Assembly: GCA_963664705.1 (NCBI GenBank)
Contig: OY761556.1
Coordinates: 6,830,880 to 6,894,879 of the forward strand
Origin: Acidobacteriota bacterium
Lineage (GTDB): Bacteria; Acidobacteriota; UBA6911
Reading direction: 5' to 3'
Length of the DNA: 64,000 bases
Shown: piece by piece, positions 49,538 through 60,107 of the stretch
How the letters are laid out: the number at the start of each line of letters is the position of its first letter
How positions within the stretch are numbered: the first letter of the stretch is position 1
The notes under the pieces: generated by a model
Told to the model about the DNA's origin: nothing
Seen by the model: the letters and a program-made list of their open reading frames with translations, nothing else
The model's database searches: none
Position numbers and translations under genes: made by a program

Positions 49538-51085
49538 CTAGGGCAGGGTAAAGCGCAATCCGGAAAAGATCATGTGCGTATGCATGGTTGAATCGCTCTG
49601 TGGTGCAACCGACCAGGGAGCGCGTGTCACATATGAATATTGGCCGTGAGCCTGGAATGAGCCGAAATTGGAATTCTTCCAGAAGATCCGCGCATAGCCA
49701 ATCGTGGCTTCCTGAATTTGCCGGTTTGCCAGACTTGAGGAACCCGGATAGCCGAAGCCGAGGTAGTTCCCTGGCGAAACGGTAATAAAGTTCCGGTTAA
49801 AGTAGGCGCCGTTATAATACGCAAAAAGTTGAGAGGCGCGGGTGAACTGATATTCCAATCCCGCAATGCCGGAATAGGAATGAACCGGCGAAATCGTGCC
49901 ATCCGGTCCTACAACGGCATCCGGTCCCATTCCCATGATGTACCGCCCGCCGCCGCTGCTGAAGTATGTCGTCAGGATCCAGCGCAGGTTCTTGACCGGT
50001 TCGACAATCAGGTTCACGGAACCGCCCAGTCCCTGGGCGCTGTGCTTGGTGTTATCCGGCGTCAGTGTTCGGAATTGTCGGGATATGCCGGCCAGTTCCA
50101 GGTGCACCGACCGATTATGCGGCCTGGCATCGAAAGCCACCTTGGCTACAAATTCGGGCCGGCCGTTAGGGACCGTGGAATTGCCGCTGCTGTTGTCAAA
50201 TTGCGACGAGTAATTGGACGGGAGAAGGGTTCCGTTTGTAACGTATTGCTGAGGATTTTCCACGGAAAAGGCCGCTGTCCAATGAGGCGTAACCTTATAG
50301 GTTGCTCGAACCTGCCCCTGACGTACCCAGAGCAACCCGGCCAGGTAAGAGGAATCCTGGCCTAATCCCAGGAATATGTCCGCCGGGAACGGCGAGGTGC
50401 CGGAACGATTGGGTGTCATCAATGTCCATGCCTGGCCCCCAAGGATTTCCAGTTTTCCAATCTGCACGCTGCCCCAGGCCTGGCGCATGCGGAACGAGTT
50501 GCTGTTGCTGGTGACATAGGCGGTAGCCGGGACGGTGCCGGCAAAGTCCGTTTCAAGATAGGCGGTCGCCGATATATTCTCATTTTCCAGCGGGCGCTCC
50601 GTGACTTTCAGTGTCGCGCGGGAATTGTAGGCGCTGAATCTCCATTCGGAGAGTTTTCCGGCCGGGCTGTTATTGGCCGGAATGCTGCCGAAGGATGTGG
50701 CTACTCCGCTGCCCCCATTGGTTGAACGCCAGACGGCAGACAAATCCATGAATCCACCCGGAGTAAATTCTGCTCCACCGATACGGAAGGAAAGGGGATT
50801 GTAGGATGGCGCTTCTTTTCCTTTCTTCGGCAAAGCGGCAGTGTCGAGTGCCGCCGGGTTTGGCTGCTCCGGTTTGGTCTGCTGGACGGCTGTCTGTGGG
50901 GATGCCGTGGTCGAAAGCCGTTCCAATGCCTTTTGTTGTTGTTCGAGCAGCGATTTCAATTCATCAAGCTGCCGTTGCTGCAGTGATATTTGTTGTCGAA
51001 GCTTTTCGATCTCCGAGACGTTATCCTGACCCAGGACTACGGGTGGAATACAAAAGAGCAAAAACGCTACAAACCTTCTGAACAT
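49538..51085 (-). CDS. Outer-membrane porin with N-terminal coiled coil (DcaP-like)
   Basis: Signal peptide, Q/L heptad coiled coil, YLETDF...FRMRQAW...GQAWTL beta strands. Confidence 0.75.
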   Translation of the reverse strand: MFRRFVAFLLFCIPPVVLGQDNVSEIEKLRQQISLQQRQLDELKSLLEQQQKALERLSTTASPQTAVQQTKPEQPNPAALDTAALPKKGKEAPSYNPLSFRIGGAEFTPGGFMDLSAVWRSTNGGSGVATSFGSIPANNSPAGKLSEWRFSAYNSRATLKVTERPLENENISATAYLETDFAGTVPATAYVTSNSNSFRMRQAWGSVQIGKLEILGGQAWTLMTPNRSGTSPFPADIFLGLGQDSSYLAGLLWVRQGQVRATYKVTPHWTAAFSVENPQQYVTNGTLLPSNYSSQFDNSSGNSTVPNGRPEFVAKVAFDARPHNRSVHLELAGISRQFRTLTPDNTKHSAQGLGGSVNLIVEPVKNLRWILTTYFSSGGGRYIMGMGPDAVVGPDGTISPVHSYSGIAGLEYQFTRASQLFAYYNGAYFNRNFITVSPGNYLGFGYPGSSSLANRQIQEATIGYARIFWKNSNFGSFQAHGQYSYVTRAPWSVAPQSDSTMHTHMIFSGLRFTLP

Positions 51086-51624
51086 GCCATCTACTCCCAG
51101 TGTGTGCGATGCGTATGATTTCGCGACGGTATTGAATCTCCCCCGGCCACAGCCATTTCCTGGCTCAAGATTCCTACAACGCCTTCGGGCTTTGCCGTTG
51201 AATGGGCGCCGACCGTCTGGCATCGCCGGGTCCGGTTACTTTCGCTGAGCTTAAAATCTGTTAGGAATGGTCAATTGAGGGTTCTGACTTTCCTGGCTTC
51301 ATGGATTCGATATAGGGAATTCCTGTCTACTCTGTCGCGGCCTTTTGAAACGCGCTCTGAGGCCGGTTGGAGTTACAAATACGCAATTATACCCGCTGCA
51401 AAACTTTAGGTAGATAAACTAAACATCTCCAGTTATCAAGAGAAAAACACTTGGTTTGTCTTGGGAAGTCTCCCAAGCCTGGAACCGGGAGAGTGGCGGG
51501 ATCTCTCCAGCAACATTCCTTGCTTTTTCTTTTCGCCTGTCATAGTAAGGTACAATCCGGATAAACAGATGCTCATGCTTCATAAGGTTAGCCTGCCAAT
51601 TAACGGACAGAGAGGTGAGTTGGA

Positions 51625-52005
51625 ATGAAAAAAAGATGCCTCCATTTTTGCGTCATTGCCATGCTTGCAGTGTTCGGGCCGCTTTCGACATCCTGTGCGA
51701 AAAGGGCGGAAATGCGCGATCCGTTGGGAACCGTGACTCTTGTTCCCCCCTATCCCGCCGGGTATCCGGGAGCACCAACCGATAGAATTTCTGTCCAATA
51801 TGCCGTCATCGCTGTCGCGGACCAGGCGGGAATCGGCTACGACTGGAACACATCATTTATTTATACAGACCCAGTGTGCAGGGAGTGGATCGCTCCCGTG
51901 ATTGTAAACAGACCATTTGCGCAGGCGTTGGAAACCATTCTCGGGCCAGTGAAACTGACCTATACAATTTCAAAGGGCAAAATCATACTGGGCTATCGAA
52001 GATAA
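51625..52005 (+). CDS. Small lipoprotein, STN-like domain
   Basis: STSC lipobox-like; PFAQALETILGPVKLTYTI. Confidence 0.55.
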   Translation: MKKRCLHFCVIAMLAVFGPLSTSCAKRAEMRDPLGTVTLVPPYPAGYPGAPTDRISVQYAVIAVADQAGIGYDWNTSFIYTDPVCREWIAPVIVNRPFAQALETILGPVKLTYTISKGKIILGYRR

Positions 52006-52121
52006 TCTGGATCCGTCTGGATGGATCGATTGTTAAGGTGCGCTAAAGCTTATATCAAAGCTGGACTTACGGCACGCCGCTACCGGGCGAAGCGGGCTGG
52101 GTAAAAGCTAAATCCTTTCGA

Positions 52122-55100
52122 ATGCCGGCCGATATGGGCAGCATGGAAATGGTGATGCTGCCCTGGGTATTTCGCTGCCGCTGCCACTGGAAATCGATTC
52201 GCTTTTTCGGAATTCTTTGCGTTTGCACTCTGGCTCTTCTGCCCTCTGCATTTCCGCTCAATCCTCGGATTGCGGTTTCGCAATACAGCCATCGAATGTG
52301 GCAAATTGAGCAGGGATTGCCGCAAGTGTCTGTTCATGCGATTTCGCAGACAACGGATGGCTATATCTGGATCGGGACAGAAGATGGATTGGCAAGGTTT
52401 GATGGCCTCCAGTTCACCATTTTTGATCAGCAGGCATTGCGGGGGATAGAGAGCATTTCCTTTGAAGGGATGCTGACTGCGCCCGATGGCAGCCTCTGGG
52501 CTTCCACAACAGGCGGTTTGATTCACCTCTCGAAGGACCGGTTCAAAATATATACATCCAGGGACGGCATCCCGCGCGCCCATTTCAGCGCTATGGTCAT
52601 GGATAATGCCGGGGTTCTCTGGATTGGGTCCAAAGGGAGCGGGCTTGTTCGTCTGGATCAGAATGGATTCACCAAATACACGACCTCGGATGGGTTGATT
52701 CACGACGAAATCTGGGCTCTCGAGTTCACCGAGGATGGAAGCATCTGGATCGGGACTCGTGGCGGATTGAGCCGCTATAAGAATGGGCAGTTTACTTCAT
52801 TCACAGTCGCCAATGGACTGTCAGATAACTGGGTCTGTGCCCTGCATAAAGATCAAAGCGGTGGATTATGGGTCGGCACGGATAAAGGTCTGGACCATGT
52901 GCGAATCGGTGCGACCCCTGCAATCTCAAAACACCAGGGTCTGCAGCAGGTGTCGGTTCAATCCCTGCTTGTGGACCGGAATGGCGTCACCTGGATAGGG
53001 ACGCATGGAATGGGCTTGAAGCGGATGCAGGGCGATAAAATCGACACCCTCTCTCCCGCGGAAGGATTGTCGGATGACTATGTTTTAAGCCTATTTGAGG
53101 ATCGCGAGGGCAATCTTTGGGTCGGTACGAGCAACGGAGGACTCAACTGTCTGCGTGACAGTATCGTACAGTCCTACGGCAAGCCCGAAGGACTGCCTCC
53201 CGGCAGCGTCCAGTCCGTTCGCGAAGATAGAAACGGCGCTATCTGGATTGGAAGCGAGAAAGATGGTCTGCTGTGGCTGAAGAACGGCAAAGTGCGTCAA
53301 TATACCATGCGCGACGGAATGCTCCAGAACAGCGGGGGCGCCCTGACGGAAGATGCCAGGGGAGATATGTGGATCGGTTCCGACGTGGGGCTGAACAGAA
53401 TACACAACGGCCAGGTTTCCAATATTCCCGCCGGGCCGGATGCGCCTGTTTCGTATGTGCGCGTCATTTATCCTGCGCGTGACGGAAGCATCTGGATCGG
53501 GACCAAAGGCAATGGAGTCCTGAAATACAGCAATGGCCGGTATACGCGGTTTACCAAAAAAAATGGATTGCCGGATGATTGGGTCCGGGTCATTTTGCAG
53601 GATAGCCAGGGAACCTTCTGGTTCGGCACCAACGCCGGCCTGGCCTGTCTGAAAAACGATCGGTTCATTAAATATGATTTCTCCTCGGGACTGCCGCAGA
53701 ATTCCATTACAGCACTTTATGAAGACCGCGACGGTGTCCTGTGGATCGGGACTTATGGCGGCGGGCTGGTAAGATTGAGCAAGGGAGAATTCAAGACCAT
53801 CAGTACTCGCCAGGGCCTTGCGCATGATGTGATTTACGCCATCCTGGAAGATAACCTGAATTATCTGTGGTTTTCATGCAATCAAGGGATTTTTCGCGTC
53901 GGACGCGAGGATCTGAATGCACTGGTTCGCGGCAAGCGCCCTCGTGTGTCCTCCACCTTTTTTGACACATCGGACGGCATGCGAAGCCGCGAGTGCAATG
54001 GCGGCACCCAGCCTTCAGCCTGGAAAGGCGCGGATGGACGACTGTGGTTTGCAACCATCGAGGGCGCCGTGAGTGTAGACCCGGCCCATTTGGAGATGCA
54101 GACGCCTCCTCCAACCGTCCTCCTGAAAAGCGTCCGGATCAATGGGGAGAATGTGGATTTCACGAATCCACGGTCTCTGCCTCCCTCTCGCGGGGACATG
54201 GAATTCGAATATACCGGCTTGAGCTTTATTGCGCCGGAGAGGGTCCGTTTTTCCTATAAGCTGACGGGTTTTGATAACGACTGGATCGATGCCGGAACGC
54301 GGCGAACGGCTTTTTATACAAAGGTGCCCCCAGGCCGGTATACCTTTGTCGTGCAGGCTATCAACCGGGACGGCCTGTGGAGTCGTAATGGTGTTTCCTT
54401 TACCTTCGTGCTCCGGCCGGCTTTCTATCAAACCCGGTGGTTTTATGGCATCTGCATTGTCGGTTTCGTGGGACTTGGGGTCGGCATTTATCTGCTGAGA
54501 CTGAGAGTTTTGAAGGTGCGTGAACATCAATTGGTGCAGTTGGTCGATGAACGCACGCTTGAGTTGAAGAAGGAAGTCAATGAACGACGACAGGCTCAGG
54601 AGGAAGCGATGGAGGCACGCATCCAGGCCGAGTCTGCCAACAGAACAAAAAGCGAATTCCTTGCCAACATGAGCCACGAGCTTCGAACGCCGCTGAATGC
54701 CATCATCGGCTACAGTGAACTCCTGCAGGAAGAGGTGTACACGATAAGCCCGGAAAAAACGGTCGCGGATCTGAAAAAAATCCGCGCAGCCGGAAAGCAC
54801 CTTTTGGAACTCATCAATGAGATTCTTGATTTTGCAAAGCTCGAAGCGGGGAAAATGGGCATTTCCCGCGAAGTATTTGATGTCAGAACGCTGGTGGAGG
54901 ATGTTGCGGTCATGGTGCAGCCGCTGGCGGAAAAAAATCAGAACAAACTTTTTGTTCACTGCCCGCCTGACCTGGGGGTCATGAATGCGGACCCGCTGAA
55001 AGTGCGCCAGATTCTGTTTAACCTGCTGAGCAATGCCTGCAAGTTTACCGACCGTGGAGAAATCAATTTCGGATCCGAACGGCAGAATCACGCAGGGAAA

Positions 55101-55334
55101 GAATGGATTTGTTTTCGGATCAAGGATACCGGGATAGGCATCGCCCCGGACCAGGTGAGCAGGCTATTTCAGCCTTTTTCCCAAGCTGATTCATCAACCA
55201 GTCGCAAATATGGCGGAACGGGGCTTGGTTTGACCATCAGCCAGCAGTTCGCTCAACTCATGGGTGGCAATATCACGGTAGAGAGCGTACCGGGTGAAGG
55301 CTCCACTTTTAGCCTGAAGATTCCTGCCGAGTAG
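52122..55334 (+). CDS. Sensor histidine kinase with regulator-propeller and Y_Y_Y domains (start uncertain)
   Basis: Repeated LWIGT..GL blades; [15 protein letters not shown]-box; [22 protein letters not shown]. Confidence 0.95.
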   Translation: MPADMGSMEMVMLPWVFRCRCHWKSIRFFGILCVCTLALLPSAFPLNPRIAVSQYSHRMWQIEQGLPQVSVHAISQTTDGYIWIGTEDGLARFDGLQFTIFDQQALRGIESISFEGMLTAPDGSLWASTTGGLIHLSKDRFKIYTSRDGIPRAHFSAMVMDNAGVLWIGSKGSGLVRLDQNGFTKYTTSDGLIHDEIWALEFTEDGSIWIGTRGGLSRYKNGQFTSFTVANGLSDNWVCALHKDQSGGLWVGTDKGLDHVRIGATPAISKHQGLQQVSVQSLLVDRNGVTWIGTHGMGLKRMQGDKIDTLSPAEGLSDDYVLSLFEDREGNLWVGTSNGGLNCLRDSIVQSYGKPEGLPPGSVQSVREDRNGAIWIGSEKDGLLWLKNGKVRQYTMRDGMLQNSGGALTEDARGDMWIGSDVGLNRIHNGQVSNIPAGPDAPVSYVRVIYPARDGSIWIGTKGNGVLKYSNGRYTRFTKKNGLPDDWVRVILQDSQGTFWFGTNAGLACLKNDRFIKYDFSSGLPQNSITALYEDRDGVLWIGTYGGGLVRLSKGEFKTISTRQGLAHDVIYAILEDNLNYLWFSCNQGIFRVGREDLNALVRGKRPRVSSTFFDTSDGMRSRECNGGTQPSAWKGADGRLWFATIEGAVSVDPAHLEMQTPPPTVLLKSVRINGENVDFTNPRSLPPSRGDMEFEYTGLSFIAPERVRFSYKLTGFDNDWIDAGTRRTAFYTKVPPGRYTFVVQAINRDGLWSRNGVSFTFVLRPAFYQTRWFYGICIVGFVGLGVGIYLLRLRVLKVREHQLVQLVDERTLELKKEVNERRQAQEEAMEARIQAESANRTKSEFLANMSHELRTPLNAIIGYSELLQEEVYTISPEKTVADLKKIRAAGKHLLELINEILDFAKLEAGKMGISREVFDVRTLVEDVAVMVQPLAEKNQNKLFVHCPPDLGVMNADPLKVRQILFNLLSNACKFTDRGEINFGSERQNHAGKEWICFRIKDTGIGIAPDQVSRLFQPFSQADSSTSRKYGGTGLGLTISQQFAQLMGGNITVESVPGEGSTFSLKIPAE

Positions 55335-55520
55335 CCACCGGGAGCGCCGACATCCCCTGGATTGGATTAGCCCATAAACCAGCCCGAAGGGGCGGCAGAA
55401 GGCCGATCTTTCGCCCCTTAGGAGGGCTCTTTCTCGCGGTTACCTCTACCAGGGGTGAAGCGCAGCGAACCCCTGGCTCGCCCTGCCGGGGCTGTACGGC
55501 AGGGGACGTCCAGTCGGCTC
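55335..55520. repeat. REP-like cluster
   Basis: CCAGGGGTGAAGCGCAGCGAACCCCTGG between convergent genes. Confidence 0.8.
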
Positions 55521-55542
55521 TCCCGATATGTGTTCCCCGGTT

Positions 55543-56004
55543 TTAGTGGCCAGCCTGGTTTTGCAGGCGATCCAGCCTTTTCTGCAGCGCATCTATTCGT
55601 TTCTGCTGGCGTTCCTGCAGAATAGCCAACTGATCCGACGTCAGCTTGGACTTGATCTGGCTCAGAATCTGCAAACGCATTTCCATCAGTTTTGTCTGCA
55701 ATGAGCCAAAATCAACGGCACCTTTCGGATCCTCCTTCAATAGTGCCATCCGGGCTTGTAAAAGCGCCTCGCGACTTTGAATAATCTGGGCCTTGTAGTC
55801 CTGCATGATGGCCCTGATTTGATCTCGCTGGGCTTGTGTCAGCCGTAGCGCCTGGATGTATCCGCGAATGCCGATAACATCCGCAATTCCGTTGCCCGGG
55901 CCCATTCCCGCTCTCCTCCCCTGTTGAGCGTTCGCCGACAGGGTTGTCGCAAAAGCGAGAGACAGAGTTAATGCGGCAATAATGCCTAATTTTGGGATTC
56001 TCAT
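55543..56004 (-). CDS. Spy/CpxP family periplasmic chaperone
   Basis: Signal peptide; two LTxxQ motifs (LTQAQ, LTSDQ). Confidence 0.85.
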   Translation of the reverse strand: MRIPKLGIIAALTLSLAFATTLSANAQQGRRAGMGPGNGIADVIGIRGYIQALRLTQAQRDQIRAIMQDYKAQIIQSREALLQARMALLKEDPKGAVDFGSLQTKLMEMRLQILSQIKSKLTSDQLAILQERQQKRIDALQKRLDRLQNQAGH

Positions 56005-56078
56005 ATTTGGTACTCCTTCCTTGTTCACGAGTATCAAACACAGAAAACCGAAAAAAGTTCCGGAGATGTTTTGTGGGC

Positions 56079-57332
56079 TCAGTAGCCATTAAAGCGAGGA
56101 TTCACGACATTGCTGAAAATGGAGCCGAATGAATAGCTGAGTCCGATCTGCCCGTAATAGCTGTAGCTTGTCGCCAGTTGGGTGCGGCGCAGCAAAACCT
56201 CCTCGAGACTTGCCTCTCCTTTGCGTAATGACAACTGATCGTGAATGCGGGAGAAGTTGCCATACAAAGTGAGCGATAATCCTCTATACAATCGGAGCGA
56301 CAATTCCGAAGACATTTGAAGATGATTCTTCTCCAGGTCGCTGAAATAGTGGAAGGCCTCGAAGGCGTTGGTGATCGTGCCCCATTTTTCCTTCAGTTCA
56401 AGGGCAACAGAAAGTGTTTGCCCCCATTTTCCTTCGGCAGTCTTGTCGTAGATGGTCTCGTCCTGGTAATGGTAGCTGTTGTAGCCGGGCTTCCAGAGGA
56501 CTCTCAATTGCCGGCGTGTCGATTCGGAGTAGGGGAAAAAATTGTATTCGATTGCGGGTGCAGGCCTAATTGCCAACCTTATGTTGCTGTATGTCGATGA
56601 GTTTGCGCTTACCCCCGCACCGGCAGACCAGTGATTGGTAATGCTTTTCACTCCCAATACATAGAAGTTATGGCTTTTGGAAGTGCTGATGATAGAGCTC
56701 GAATCGAAGGAAAAGCGGTCGGTGCTTCTGCTGGTGCTGTAATAGGTTCGGAACTTGAATGATGGAGTGACCCGATTGGCCGAAAGGGATCCATACAGGT
56801 TGTAGTATCGTGACGTTTTTTCTCCATTAAAATAGGCGCTTCCGCTCAGGCTGAAGATCCAGAAATGCCACTTGTCCTGCACCGAGGTCGGTTTCGTTTT
56901 ATCCTGAAATGTCACGGAAATCCGACTGGCAATTGGCGTTTTGGCAGCGTAGCGAACCAGTCCGATTTTCAGGGTTTTGACGAGGCCGTTCCGAATCTCA
57001 TCGGAAGTGTCCGTTTTACCGGAGACATGTTTCAGAACCGCATCATCTCCGGCAAACCGATCCTGTCCGTTGAATGACAAGGTATACTCCGTTCCTCCGC
57101 TGCCCGTGGACTGCGTTGTCACCAAAACGTGGACCTGCGCATCCTTTCGATCTCTTACATGATTGACAAAGGTTATTTCTGTGCGGAAATAGTCCATATC
57201 GCAGGAGCTGCAGTCAATGAAGACGGTGGGAGCCGTCATTTTCAGACTGTCGCTATCCGTGGATTGAGCTGATGCAGGCCATGGGTAAGATAGAACCAAC
57301 ATCAGCATAGAGAAACGTAGGAACAGGTGCAT
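56079..57332 (-). CDS. Putative outer-membrane beta-barrel protein
   Basis: Signal peptide; FIDCSSCD N-domain; amphipathic strands; SYSFGSIFSNVVNPRF terminus. Confidence 0.7.
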   Translation of the reverse strand: MHLFLRFSMLMLVLSYPWPASAQSTDSDSLKMTAPTVFIDCSSCDMDYFRTEITFVNHVRDRKDAQVHVLVTTQSTGSGGTEYTLSFNGQDRFAGDDAVLKHVSGKTDTSDEIRNGLVKTLKIGLVRYAAKTPIASRISVTFQDKTKPTSVQDKWHFWIFSLSGSAYFNGEKTSRYYNLYGSLSANRVTPSFKFRTYYSTSRSTDRFSFDSSSIISTSKSHNFYVLGVKSITNHWSAGAGVSANSSTYSNIRLAIRPAPAIEYNFFPYSESTRRQLRVLWKPGYNSYHYQDETIYDKTAEGKWGQTLSVALELKEKWGTITNAFEAFHYFSDLEKNHLQMSSELSLRLYRGLSLTLYGNFSRIHDQLSLRKGEASLEEVLLRRTQLATSYSYYGQIGLSYSFGSIFSNVVNPRFNGY

Positions 57333-57601
57333 AGAGCCGGCGCCTCCGGAGGAATTCGATTGAACATGAACGTGAAATGCTGGCTTGCCTGCTGGCAACA
57401 AAAGGGAAAGGGCTCCTCGTGCCAGCTGGAGGCATAGCTACACTATGCCCGGATAAGCCGTTGGCGACATCTCCCCGTGTTTGAGCAATGCATAATCCTA
57501 TATGGCCTTTTAGATGTCGCAGTCTATAAAAAAGTTGCTTTTTTCTTGTGTTGACGGAAATAAGAGGGCTACGGTAAAAAAATCAGCATTCAGGAGGAAA
57601 G

Positions 57602-58285
57602 ATGGGCACCAGGCCTTCACTTGTTTTTGATCCGGGTCTCGAACCGCGAAATGTGCGTGCTGCCCTGGTTTGGGGGCTGGGGCTCCCGGGCTGTCCGAAG
57701 ACAATGGCGCCGCCGCCGTGGATATCCGCGGTGATAGACCGCGTGCGGAGTAAAGGCGAAGGCTTCCTCATGCCCGAGCGCAAGACTGCCGTTCGCAATA
57801 TGCTTCGATTCGGCAAATATAAACCTGCCGGCCGGAGCAAGCCATCGAGCGAGTATCTGCTGAGTGCCGCGCTGGAAGGGGACTTCCCGCTGGTTAACGG
57901 GCCAGTGGATGTGAACAATGCCGTCAGTCTTGAATGGGGATATCCCGCCAGTATTTTCGATATTTCCCTGAGCGGTCCGGCTCTCCTGCTGCGCCGTGGC
58001 CGGGCCGGCGAAACTTATGTCTTCAATTTTTCGGGACAGGTAATCGATCTCGAGGATCTGCTGTGCGTTTGCCGTTTGGAGGGCGAGAGCTGGTTGCCGT
58101 GCGGCAATCCGGTGAAGGATGCCATGGCTACCAAGATACGCGAATCCACCAGCGAGGTGTCGGCTGTCGTGTTTGCGCCGGTTTCAGAACCACCGCAGGG
58201 ACTTGAAGCAGCAGCCGCGCGATTTGCGGAATTACTTCGCACGGAATGCGGTGCTGCGGAGTCGGGCTGGAGTATTCCCGCATAA
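57602..58285 (+). CDS. Stand-alone B3/4 domain protein (PheT editing-like)
   Basis: GKYKPAGRSKPSSEYL, VNGPVDVNNAVSL. Confidence 0.82.
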   Translation: MGTRPSLVFDPGLEPRNVRAALVWGLGLPGCPKTMAPPPWISAVIDRVRSKGEGFLMPERKTAVRNMLRFGKYKPAGRSKPSSEYLLSAALEGDFPLVNGPVDVNNAVSLEWGYPASIFDISLSGPALLLRRGRAGETYVFNFSGQVIDLEDLLCVCRLEGESWLPCGNPVKDAMATKIRESTSEVSAVVFAPVSEPPQGLEAAAARFAELLRTECGAAESGWSIPA

Positions 58286-58305
58286 AATATAAATGGCGTT
58301 GATTA

Positions 58306-58885
58306 GTTTTTATCTTTGAACCGCGAAGACCTCGAAGACCGCAAAGATTTTTTGGCTCATTTTGCTGCTGGGCAATGAGATAGTGGGATGGATAGGAAAG
58401 AAGTTGCGCGTCATATTGTCTTGGAATCCAGCGTAGGATCTGGCGAGAACGATAACCGCAAAACCTGCAAGAATATTTTCTTTGCGGTCTTCGAGGTCTT
58501 GGCGGTTCATGGGGTTACTATTTCGGTCAAGTCAGGTAAATCCCCGAGCCGACTTCAAGGCTCCATTATCGATAACGCGATTTGCAAAATGCGCGGCAGA
58601 GAGGAGGGCGAAGACCGCAAAGATTTTTTGGCTCATATTGCTGCTGGGCAATAAGATAGTGGGATGGATAGGAAAGTAGTTGCGCATCATATTGTCTTGG
58701 AATCCAGCGCATGATCTGGCGAGAACGATAACCGCAAAACCTGCAAGAATATTTTCTTCGCGGTCTTCGAGGTCTTGGCGGTTCATGGGGTTACTATTTC
58801 GGTCAAGTCAGGTAAATCCTCGAGTCGACCTCAAGGTTCCATCGTCGATAACGCGATTTGCGAAATGCGCGGCAGAGAGGAGGGC
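58306..58885. repeat. Tandem two-copy 276-bp repeat, same family as 8021-8327
   Basis: Landmarks recur at a 276-bp period (58364/58640, 58531/58807, 58609/58885). Confidence 0.9.
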
Positions 58886-58912
58886 TCCAATCTGCTGCCA
58901 GTTTCGCTATTT

Positions 58913-59881
58913 CTATTGCGATCGTCCAGTCCACTTCATTTCACTGATGTTGATGCTGCCGCCGGATGTGTGAAGCCGCAATTTAGGTCCGCCCTGATTC
59001 ATCCGGGCATCCAGACGGTTTCGGCTGATATCGCCCTTAATCGTTACCGGGATGTTGGTATGGACCGAACCGCCACTTGTCTTTGCTTCCAGATCCAGGT
59101 TGAGGCCTTTGTCCAGATGGGCCCGGATGGAACCACCCGAGGTGCTGAGTTCGCAATCTCCCTCCGGCTGACTGGTGATGGTGGCCTCGATGCTGCCCCC
59201 CGAGGTGGAAGCCCTGATTCTTCCACGGACCTCTTCCACCGTGATCCCTCCGCCGGAGGTGTGAGCCTCCACCGGGCCTTCTACCTTGCCGAGCCGGATG
59301 CTGCCTCCGGATGTTTCCACTTCAACCGGACCGGAGCCTCCGACAAGATTGATGCTGCCTCCGGATGTGTGCCCGTTGATCGATCCGCTGATATGACCGA
59401 AATGCAGGCTCCCGCCGGAAGTTCGAGCCTGGACAGTGCCCTGGAGATCGTTCACCTTGATGCTGCCGCCGCCTGTCTTCAAATCGAGGTTATATTTGTC
59501 CGGGACGAGTATTACAAATCGGAGATTCAGGCGCCGGCCGATGCCGAAATTAAAGCGATTGTCCGGATAGCGCGCCATTATGTAGACATTATTTCCTTCC
59601 TGCCGGACATTCAGATTCAACTCGTTAAGGATTCGTTTTGCGTCTTCACTGTTGGCGGCGCGGATATCCCTCTCAATGTCTATCCGTACCTGATCCATTC
59701 CACCGGAACTGACCTCGATGGAGCCCCTGTCGGAGTCCAGGACGAGCGTGCCGCCGGGCTGCACCGCATAGCTTCTGTGGAAATCATCGCGGATGCTGTC
59801 CATGGCAAGTTCATCGCAGGCTGTCAGGAATAACGCCCCAAAAATCGCTAAAGCACAAAAGACTCGGCTTCCCATCCCCAT
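58913..59881 (-). CDS. DUF4097 beta-strand-repeat lipoprotein
   Basis: LTAC lipobox; many TSGGSI repeats. Confidence 0.88.
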   Translation of the reverse strand: MGMGSRVFCALAIFGALFLTACDELAMDSIRDDFHRSYAVQPGGTLVLDSDRGSIEVSSGGMDQVRIDIERDIRAANSEDAKRILNELNLNVRQEGNNVYIMARYPDNRFNFGIGRRLNLRFVILVPDKYNLDLKTGGGSIKVNDLQGTVQARTSGGSLHFGHISGSINGHTSGGSINLVGGSGPVEVETSGGSIRLGKVEGPVEAHTSGGGITVEEVRGRIRASTSGGSIEATITSQPEGDCELSTSGGSIRAHLDKGLNLDLEAKTSGGSVHTNIPVTIKGDISRNRLDARMNQGGPKLRLHTSGGSINISEMKWTGRSQ

Positions 59882-60107
59882 CTCCCTCCCGCACAATGGA
59901 CGTAACAGTATCAACCCCTATGAGTCTCTAAACGAATTATTCAGTGAATAAGTTCTCAATAAATTCACAATTTCATGTTTTGCATCCAGGAGCATGTTCA
60001 CTGGGATTTGAAATTTGAAATTCTATTTACGGAAGCGGTCGATAACGATTAAGGTTGAGAACTGGTGGAAACGAGTCACTATTTCCAGACAAAAAACCGG
60101 AGTCGCG

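Noticed and set aside
58306-58885. CRISPR array
   Set aside because: These are two long units without unique spacers; I found no cas genes or repeat-spacer array anywhere in the window.
59000-59480. Periodic DNA repeats
   Set aside because: Explained by the TSGGSI protein repeats of the DUF4097 gene.
58775-59833. 352-aa plus-strand ORF, and similar long ORFs at 37868-38833, 54015-55091, 10850-11806 and 44604-45524
   Set aside because: They are antisense shadows of well-supported genes and show no recognisable motifs.
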